From contig NC_043004.1 in assembly GCF_006345805.1 (NCBI RefSeq), positions 63,302,001-63,366,000 on the forward strand: a DNA stretch of 64,000 bases, written 5' to 3'. Source of the stretch: Octopus sinensis (taxonomy: Eukaryota). Below the pieces are notes generated by a model, which had not been told where the DNA came from, made no database searches, and saw only the letters and a list, made by a program, of their open reading frames with translations. Below are positions 1-64,000 of the stretch, piece by piece. A program made the position numbers and the translations under genes. Position 1 is the stretch's first letter. The number at the start of each line of letters is the position of its first letter.

Positions 1-776
1 AAAAGTATGCGCGTGTAAGACCAGAATGAAATAAATGGAGCAAGAGCACACAGAGAGTTGGAAATGGTCACTGAGGTGGTCACAGATGTGTAGCGAAAGA
101 TTTCGTGACAAAGAACATTAGTTAGAATAAGAATAAGAATAAGAACAAACGAGCGAATAGCGAATATATAGTGCGTGTGTATCTTTGGCTAAAAAAACGA
201 AAACTTATCATACTGAAATACAACTCTATATAAAGTTTGGTCATTCCCCTAAAATTCTGTATATATATTTCGTTCCGTAAATATGCTTCTGTACAATCAT
301 GATTTTTGTTGAACTTAAAATAATTATACATGTATTTTACTACCTCTCTTTGAACACTTTCATGTAAACTGTTTAAACACAAAGCCTGTCTTAACATGTT
401 CTTATCATTGTCAAAGATTCTATTTCTTGATATTTTCTTATCATTATTAATAACTGTATAACTGTATTTTAATACAACTATGATATCCATTTTTTAAAAT
501 AACAAAAGCTTAGATTTTACTTTTGAAAATATCTTTTTATAAAAGTGAAACCGGTCAAATCGATAAACATCTTTAAACGACATCTATATTTTCAAATACT
601 TTTTCCTATATATTTTCACTCGTGCGGTACCTTGCAAGTTTATTTTGTTCTATTGTCCTTGTTTGCTGTACCGCTAGATTAAAGGGACGTAAACAGACCA
701 GAACCGGTTGCCAAGCGATGTTAGGAAGAAACACATACGAAAATGCATACATACCCTATATATATATATGCACGAC

Positions 777-940
777 AGGCTTCTTTCAGTTTTCATCTAC
801 CAAATCCACTCAGAAGAATTTGTTCGAAAGAAGTCTATAGTAGAAGACGTTTGCCCAAGATGGCATGCAGTGGGAATGAACCCAGAACCATCTGGTTGGG
901 ATGCAAACATCTTATCACACAGCCACTGTTGCGCCTGTAT
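777..940 (-). mobile_element. tRNA-derived SINE (family 1)
   Basis: Reverse complement reads as a tRNA-like head (..ggctgtgtgataagatgtttgcatcccaaccagatggttctgggttcattcccactgcatgccatcttgggcaa..). Related copies at ~46530-46690 and 57220-57380. Confidence 0.8.
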
Positions 941-1589
941 ATGTGTGGGTGTATGTCTGTGTGTGTTTGTATTTGTGCGTGTGAGTGCATGATGTATATA
1001 TTATTGTGGACTAGGGCAATTGCTGGAGTCATCCTGAGTTTCTCGCTCATAAAGGGTTTCACCTTTTCACCTTATGACGTATCTTGAAGGCCCGAAGAGT
1101 GCTGACTTGAGATCCCTATAAAATAAGGAGAGCAAAAAACCTCGTTCAACGATCTTCGGCCGCGCTGCCATCTTGCGGTCACCAAACCACCACGTAGATA
1201 AACTATTGTCTCCTTTCAGCCTTGGCAATTGGTTTCCGGCTGTGGTGTAGCCATGCGGATTCCAAGAATAAGAATTTTATAAAATACAAGCATGGCACGA
1301 AAATCTCCGTCATAGAGTTCACACTTAGAAAAAATGCCCTGCGCCCTGTTGGCATCTAGCCCTGGCCATTGCTACGGGGGCAAGTTGCCATACACTAGAC
1401 AGACTTAGGAAAGACTTAATCAGCACGCTTGCCTTCTTGCGCTTCAAGATCACCATAGAGAGAAACCTCACGTGATAGCAATAATTGAGATACAGTTAAC
1501 ACGGTAACGACGTGAAAAATGATGTCAGTACTACCATGTATACAACTAAATATAAATGCTCTTGCAGAGGAAAATGAAAATGCCTATTG

Positions 1590-1905
1590 ATGAACCTGTG
1601 TATGAGTACAAATTTTGTATGTAAATGTACCGTACACACAAAGGAGAACCGTATGTTTACATACGGCGTAACATCGGACTCAGTGAAAGGTCGCAATCAA
1701 GTCACCACCTTCAAGAAATTCATTAATAGATATTCAACAACCACGGCCGATTTTGTATGGCAACTTAAGGAACATACAGTTAAGTATAACTTAACTTCAT
1801 CCATAGTAAGGCACGCAAAACCATATAATATCATTTCCAGGAAATGCCGGCTATGCTCCGCAGAATACCTGCATATTTTGTGCAGAAATGAGATGATCAG
1901 TAATA
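1590..1905 (+). mobile_element. Penelope-like element GIY-YIG endonuclease remnant
   Basis: ORF 1587-1982: CKCTVHTKENRMFTYGVTSDSVKGR..TTFKK..RYSTTTADFVWQLKE..YNLTSSIVRHAKPY..SRKCRLCSAEYLHIL, matching the PLE C-terminal GIY-YIG pattern (Y.G.T..FK.R..H..SF..ST.LS..IW.LK..C.LC..EK). Confidence 0.75.
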
Positions 1906-2306
1906 ACATTTCTAAAAGACACCCTGGAGCTTACATTTATATAAAAGCACTTTCACATAAAGCAGTGGCAATTTTCAGTTGACTTACTTACTAATCATTT
2001 TGAATTAATTTAACTCTAACATTCCCATTCTTATAAACACCAAACACTAGTACATTCTCTATGTGAACGTATGTGCGCCAAACCACACGTGTCCGCGAGC
2101 TTATACATTTGTGGGTGTTTGTATGCGTGCATGAGAATGCGCGATAGAACGTACGCGGGGCGTTTGTACACCCCTATCTGTCAAGGCTTCTGTTTAATAC
2201 ATGTTTCGGTATATTGTGCGTTTCATTCTTTTTAATATTTTCTTATTATTGTTGATCCTCTGTTTAACTGAAGCTTTATCCTTTAATTTGTAGTTCTTCT
2301 GTACAG

Positions 2307-2463
2307 GAACCGAGAAGATTTCTTGTGGGACAATCAATATTTTTACGAGTTATATCAATATATCACCCGAAGAGACATGTCTACACCGAGGGATCCTCCT
2401 AAACCAGTGGTTAAGTATCGAACTCGTGATGGATCGATAATAGACGGATCGAAACAATTTTAA
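2307..2463 (+). CDS. Candidate terminal exon of an unidentified neighbouring gene
   Basis: Pyrimidine tract plus CAG acceptor (2305-2306), 51 open codons NREDFLWDNQYFYELYQYITRRDMSTPRDPPKPVVKYRTRDGSIIDGSKQF, TAA at 2461-2463, AATAAA at 2469-2474. No family recognised; the 3' end resembles a repeat seen at ~21249. Confidence 0.35.
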
Positions 2464-2572
2464 TCATTAATAAAAATCTTCCGCCCCTCTCATTAACATA
2501 ATAAACAACGAAAACTGCGAAAGTGTACCTGCTTTAACAGGAAACTACCAGGTACGTACCAGATGCTTTATG

Positions 2573-2637
<65 letters not shown>

Positions 2638-2721
2638 TAATAATAATAATAATAACAACAACAACAACAACAAAAATAATAATACTTTTATTATTATTAT
2701 TATTATTATCATTATTATTAT

Positions 2722-2812
<91 letters not shown>

Positions 2813-2830
2813 GTATATATGTATGTATGT
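2573..2830. repeat. Compound microsatellite (AAT)n/(CAA)n/(TAT)n/(AT)n/(ATGT)n
   Basis: Directly visible. Confidence 0.95.
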
Positions 2831-2834
2831 AATA

Positions 2835-2963
2835 ATGGAGTTAAACGCAGAGAAGATTACGTTGTTTTAAAACCATTTTATTCCTTTGGAATAATATCAA
2901 TCATATCTTCGAAACATGTGTTCAAAGATTAACAATTTGAATAACACCTGCGTTTAACTCCAT
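2835..2963. mobile_element. 129-bp MITE-like element with perfect 16-bp TIRs
   Basis: atggagttaaacgcag (2835-2850) and its exact reverse complement ctgcgtttaactccat (2948-2963). Confidence 0.65.
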
Positions 2964-3130
2964 ATATTTTTTTATATATATTATGCAAAATATTTCACGT
3001 AAACTCGGATTTTCTACCTTTAAAAGCAAAGTCTTAAGCACTTCTTACTTGTGCGATCATTTGCTACCCTGGTAACTACGTATCTATGTTTCCGTGTTAA
3101 TTGTAAACAAGGGGAACATGCACACATCTA

Positions 3131-3199
<69 letters not shown>

Positions 3200-3276
3200 A
3201 TATATACATACATGCATATATATATACATACATATATATATATATCCAAATAAGCAACAGGGATATCCAAGGAAGT

Positions 3277-3361
3277 GTAGTACAATTGTTTCATGCTAAT
3301 TCGTTTTATTATACAAGTAAGTATTACATCGGTTTTAAAATGTAGAGCAACCTTCAGCCAC
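3277..3361 (-). ncRNA. Degenerate type I hammerhead-like motif in PLE-type repeat (family A, copy 1)
   Basis: Minus strand: gtgg-CTGAAGG-ttgct..long loop..agcat-GAAAC-AATT-GTA-ctac. Second copy at 36811-36896. Confidence 0.6.
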
Positions 3362-3599
3362 ATATACAATGTTTTTACTTAAATGGACAATGTACATTTT
3401 TATACTTATTTCATTTACCAACATTACAGAGAGGATAGATATATATAGACAGAGAGGTTAATTTCAGCATTAAGAACATGGTAGTAGAAGGTCGTTCTCC
3501 ATCTGTAGATTTTTTATCTCTGATTTAAAATTGTTATTTAGATTTATCCCCCAATTGCACGAAGCCATGTCTTCCCTCTTCCGCATGGTATTCAGATGA

Positions 3600-6110
3600 T
3601 TTACTTGGATATGGCCTTTCATATCTGAATATCACTCTTCGGCCTGTACTCATGTGGTTGACATATCTTTATTTCTTTATTGCCCACAGGTGGGCGAAAC
3701 ATAGAGGGGACAAAGAAGGACAGATCGTGCAATGATGTCTTTTCACGATCCCCTTTCCACTGAGTTTCTATGCCGTTCTGAAAAAGCGGTTCACATTCCA
3801 CTTCTTAACAAGCATTTCCAGTATATCCAAACGAAATGCGGTGCCGTTGTCAATTCGTCCATAGATTTCCGACACAGGAATATCTCGCTCAGGGTACGTA
3901 CAATTTCTTCTGCAGTGCCCGTCTTCATTGCCATCCATATAGCTATCCGAATCAGTCTGCAGTCGACCATCAAGAAATACTTCCCCTACCGGTAGTGTGT
4001 CATATATACCTCCAATCGTCTCATCTAGTGCTCTACCTAGATGTTTCCCTGTTTGTCCGCACCCGGAGCAGGGTCGACGGATTGACACTATCCCGACCAC
4101 CTTATGAATGCTCTGTCAGGTAACGTCGGAGTCAACTCTGCTGACAAGATACAAGGTTCTGGCCACGCCCATATAAAGCATGGCATGCAGTTTCCTTAGT
4201 CCCGAGTGACTCAGATGACACTCTGCAGCTTTCCCCGGTTTCGAATTTTCCACTTCCTCCAACTAGGCCTTTTTCACCCTGGTTAGAATGTTTACCGTAT
4301 TCCTTTCTGAAGGCGCTAACACCACGCTCAGCTTCAAAGCAAATTTAGCAATTAGCTCTCTTTGAACCTCTAGGCAGCGCTTTGCTAGCATCTCTGCAGT
4401 CCCTTTGGTTGGAGCCCTCTTTTCATCGGTGATCGATGATCCTAACCAGCCAGGTACGGTAACCGAATCGGTTCATGTTTCGATGGAGTGCAGCACTCAT
4501 TTGAGGGCAAATTAACTCACTTCGGCACTGCATTCAAATCAGCCACGTTGATGTGATTGTAATGACCTGCATTTCGAAGCTAGGTTGCTTCCTCCCCTTC
4601 GACACCTCCTATTTCCAGTAGATACTACAGTCTCGTCTACAAAGATGTCGTTCTGTAAAGGAATTGGTGGCCTTTCTTATCTTATCCACCATTCAAAGAA
4701 TAGATTTGAGCTCTGACGCCATGAACTATTGTGTGGAAATTAGCCCGAAACTCATCCTAGTCGAACAGTATGTGTGGCTCTTGTATAGCGCCAGCTCATA
4801 CCGCTACAGTTTTTCGTCATATAGAGCTGCAAAGATGCGGACTTCAAGTGCACAATCGTCGCCGCCCTCGTCATCTGTCTACATTCACGAAGCGTCTCAC
4901 CGCAGACGTTAATCACCTCACCACTCATGTAGAATAATATATGGTCATTCATCTCTCGAAAGTTCAGTACAGGCCTGAATTTCCACTTTGTTAGCTGTAT
5001 CAATGCCGTTAATGGTAGCACTCCACTCCTCATTTCCTCTTTCCACTGGAAAAGAACACCTTCCTTAATCCACCTGTCTACCTCTCCCTCAAACTCACTC
5101 CTAGCATGTAGTTTCACGGTATACTGGTAGCGGCTTAGCATGTTCTTCAGCAACAATAAATGAGACCACATTTCTGCGACACTGACACTTCCAAGGCGGT
5201 TGATCACGCTTTTTCCCATCACCACGTCAACTGCGTCTACTACAGAGTCGATCACAATTGCCTGCAATCTGTGTTGTGCCCGCACCTCTATCTCTACTTC
5301 ACTGCTACCCTCGACCGCCAGAACACTGGTTGACCCCTTCCATTTTTTGTCAGACTCGGGCACACGAGGAACTTCGTACAACCCGTATCCAAGAGGGCAT
5401 TGAACAGCTTTCCCCCAATAAGAATTTTAACTACGGGTAGCGACAGCACTAGCACTTCTACTTTCTCGCAGTCGGAATTTGAGCAGTAGCAACGTCTCAT
5501 AGCTTTCCCCTGTCTGCAGTTTCGAGTGATATGCCCAGTCTGCCTGCACCGGTAGCAAACGGCTCTGGGCTTTGTTTCCGCGCAATTCCCTGCCATGTGC
5601 GGTCCCTGACAATTGAAAGACCGGCACATGAACAGTCGCTGTCGCTCCGTGACAACTTTGTCTTTGTTCTTTATTGGCCGTAGCTCTACATCGCGGGATT
5701 TTGCAACCGTCATTGCCACTACTCTCCGACCGATGTTTCGTATCGACACGCGGGCTTCAGCGACAAGCTCGCTCATTGCCATTTCCTTGCGGCCTAGCAG
5801 GTGTTTAGCGCCAACGACTTGTAGCCTGGCCCCTACCTTGATATTACGGATTCAGGCAATTGCAACTTTTTCGTCACAGATAGGACTCAGGGCATTGCTG
5901 CCGATTCTTATCATCGCTGCCAGTTTATAGAAGGGGTACAACGACGATAGGAAAATATATTTATATCTGAGCCGGAACTGCGTGGGATATGTTGGAACTG
6001 TAATGCGAGGAATAAAATACGTTTCACCTACTTCTCGTTGTTGGCTGTCCAGCAGTATTAAGTTAACGCATGTGCTCAAACCGTCTCACCGAATTTTAAC
6101 AGCTGTTACA
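3600..6110 (-). mobile_element. Degenerate Ty3/Gypsy LTR retrotransposon (5' LTR, gag, PR, RT, IN remnants)
   Basis: Two CCHC knuckles (..CQGPHMAGNC; CYRCRQTGHITRNC), protease LLDTGC, RT N-terminus (FRPVLNFREMN), integrase DNGTAF..WNVNRFFRTA. Putative LTR start TGTAACA at 6110 and PBS-like TGGCAGCG near 5922. No matching 3' LTR found. Confidence 0.9.
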
Positions 6111-6249
6111 ATCAAAGCCCGTTAGCTCACTCCACTTGTATCTGTTCACCACGAAGTGTTCCTTCCAGTTCATGTGGGTACCCTTGGCCGTTGACGTCAC
6201 AACCTTTTCATTCTGTTTCATCTCATCCCAACAATGCTTTACAATTATA

Positions 6250-6400
6250 TGGCGGCGAGCTGATAGAATCCTTTGCCAGCTGGGTAAAAAGCTGAGCAAC
6301 ATTTTGTTCATCTTTACACTCGACTCAACCTTTCATCATATCGGGGTTGATAAAGGCGTACCAGTCGAGGACTAGTTTTGAAATAATCAACTAATCCCCG
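6250..6400 (+). mobile_element. Degenerate SINE (family 2)
   Basis: Starts ggcggcgagctgatagaatc..; same family as 22441, 29400, 40950 and 63035. Confidence 0.65.
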
Positions 6401-6564
6401 GCGACAAAATTACTCTTCTTGCACCAAAAGTTAATACAATATTACTTCACGAGTTTAGTGTTTGTTAAATGAATACACATTTTGTATAATAGTTGATATA
6501 CAGCTATTGTACAACTTTCTTGATAGACATGCCATTAGTAGAGTTGTAGTTACAAATACACTAA

Positions 6565-7145
6565 CAGGGGTTAGACAAAATAATGGAAACACATTAAAAT
6601 TTTAAACAAATTTATTTTAGCATAGGATAGGACCGTCTTTGGCAGTGATTACAGCTTGAATTCCACAAAGTTTGAGTTGTTTTCAAAGGAATTTTTGTCA
6701 ATTCTTCAGCTAAAAAGAGTCTCCAGTTCTTGTAGTGATGATATTGGAGAATATCGACTCCTTACTTTTTTTCTAAAATGCACCCTAAACGTTCAATAAT
6801 ATTGAGATCTGGTGAGTGTAGTGGCTAGATAAGGGGTTCAGCTTAATTAGAATGTTCCTCGTGCCAATCGGTAACAACTTTAGCTGTGTGAATTGGTGCA
6901 TTATCATTCTAAACGAATTTGTTTCCCTCCAGAAAGAGTTTCGAAACCATAGGATGAATTAGATCAGATAAAATGCTTAAATAATCTTGACTATTAATCC
7001 TGCCATGAAGAGAAGCACTTGGGCCCAGGGATTTCCAAGATATAGCCACCCCCCAGATCGTCACAGACATGTTAAAAGAATGTGATGAATGTGTATATGA
7101 TGAAGGGAAGGCTCTCAATTTTGTAAAAAAAACCGTCGTTAGATT
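6565..7145 (-). mobile_element. Tc1 DNA transposon fragment (3' TIR plus DDE domain)
   Basis: TIR-like caggggttagacaaaataatggaaacac at 6565. Minus translation SVTIWGVAISWKSLG..GRINSQDYLSILSDLIHPMV..NDNAPIHTAKVVTDW..SPDLNIIE, with stops. Confidence 0.85.
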
Positions 7146-7536
7146 TAACGTCAAAGAAAGTTTATAGGAAGATAGATATAGAGCGATAGTTAAATTAGAA
7201 TAAAACTTAAAGTCATGGAAGTAGATATATTTAGTAATAAGACAGTCAAAGGTAGAATTTTATAGAATGGAAGAAATCACTTCCATGACAGCGGAGTTTA
7301 AGGTCAATATTTGCTAAGCGGCTTCACTCTGCCTAATTTAGCTTCGTTACTATGGCAACAGTTCGGATAATTAATGATTGTATCGTGGAGATATATAAGT
7401 AAATTGCCATTGATATTTTCTATGCCTGAGAACGATTCGTGAAAAACAAAGACATAAATATTCATACGTATACATACACAACTACATTCATGCTAACATA
7501 TTACAAATATATAGACTTCTAGATGACGGTTTTCAT

Positions 7537-62517
<54,981 letters not shown>

Positions 62518-63034
62518 ATAAAAGAAAAAGCGTGCAATGTTAGCGAAAGAGAAATAGAGCTACATTCAACTTGTAATTTGCATCATTGCGGAATGTTGTG
62601 AAATATATCTAGGATATAAAATGTTTTTCAATCAATTATCTGTGAAATCTTGCAATCTGTTACAGAAAAGACATTTTAGAATATAGTATAAAGGATTTTT
62701 AAAAAAAACATAACCAAATACCTATCACTGTATAGATAATTAATGAAACCAAAATTCACTGCGGACTACTTCACTTCTAAAATCTATGCTCATTTTTAGA
62801 ATAATATTTATACAAAAATATCTACTCTCATATAATTAATACCGATATTTCAGAAACAATTTACAAACTATCAATGATGCTATTAATTGTCCTAAGCCTG
62901 GAATTGACAGTCTAAATAAAATTTAGACCTGGATGCTAATAGAAAATTTTATAATTACATAGACAAGTTGAGGTGAAACAATCGATCGACTGTATATTTT
63001 CAATGAACACAGAACCGTTATAATAATACGTACA

Positions 63035-63460
63035 AGGCGGCGAGCTGGCAGAAAAGTTAGCGCGCTGGGAGAAATGCTTATAAGCATTTCGTCTGCCGTT
63101 GCGTTCTGAGTTCAATTTCCGCAAGATCGACTTTGCCTTCATCCTTTTCGGGTCGATAAAATTAAGTACCAGTTACGCACTGGAGTCGATGTAATCGCCT
63201 TAATCCCTTTGTTCTGTCCTGTTTGTTCCCCGTATGTTTAGCCCTTGTGAGGCAATGAAGAAATAAGAAATGTTAGCACCCCGGGTGAAACGCTTAACGT
63301 TATTTCGTCCGTCCTTACGTTCTGAGTTCAAATTCCGCTGAGGTCGACCTTACCTTTATCCTTTCGGGGGTCAATAAATTAAGTACTAGTTGCATCCTGA
63401 GATCGATAAAATCAAATGGCCCTTTGTCCCAAAATTTCGAGCCTTATGCCTAGCGTAGGA
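63035..63460 (+). mobile_element. Two adjacent SINE family 2 copies
   Basis: 63035-63267 near full length (ggcggcgagctggcagaaaagttagc..gaagaaata), directly followed by a second copy (aatgttagcaccccgggtgaaacgc..aggaaagaata). Confidence 0.85.
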
Positions 63461-64000
63461 AAGAATAATAACGTATAATGCATTATCACCAGTCAGTAGC
63501 CCAAAAATTTTATTGTTAACTTATAATGTAAATTAAATTAATACATACGAATAACTTCTTCGTCAGTTGAGTCTGCATTTGCTTTCACGCTCATTTCTCT
63601 TCTGTTAGTCCGGTATTCCCTTAAAAGGTGGGATTCAATATTCCGCCCACAAGAGTGTAACCAGAAATCTCACACGGCTTCTTCTTCTCTTCCATTATTT
63701 CCCATTATACGGTAAACTGCCAGATTTCACGCAATTACAAAAGAAATATTTTATAAAAAATGAATTAGTAACACATGAATGGTTAATGCAACTGAGAGAA
63801 TATTAATGTATTTTGTGATGGTAAGAAACTCTCAAAACAGCTCAAGTTCAGGTATTCACTGAAGAAACACCAATCATTTAAGTGTTTCGGCTCTTAAATT
63901 AATTACATTCTAAGTAGTCTGATACACATCCAGAATGAGGCTATTTAACTTTCACACTTTCGGGGGTAGATAGCATTAGTTTACCGCTGAAGTTGATAAA

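Overview
AT-rich, microsatellite- and transposon-dense animal genomic DNA. The SINE, RTE and Penelope repeat families look like those of an octopod cephalopod (inference from recalled repeat families, not a database search). The main content is one large spliced gene on the minus strand (~62.5 kb down to 7.54 kb), which the ORF track largely misses. It encodes a divergent M13 (neprilysin/ECE-like) zinc metallopeptidase; I could reconstruct about 17-19 exons from GT-AG boundaries, phase matching and M13 motifs (FYRSC, DDPKS, LQPPVFY, ENIAD, QLFFMSFAQ-WC, HSP..R, FNC..MNP..W). Several exons carry indels or a stop, and the HExxH exon is unreadable. A 10.6 kb block (38585-49134) is repeated after a 100-N gap (49235-59851); it is most likely a false duplication, and it shows the local assembly has indel errors. 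Introns and flanks contain decayed Gypsy, Tc1, mariner, Penelope-like, Dong/R4, RTE, Tx1, CR1-like, Helitron-like and SINE copies, several foldback elements, and about 11 minimal type I hammerhead-ribozyme-like motifs from at least 6 sequence families. One of these sits in the tail of a tRNA-headed SINE.
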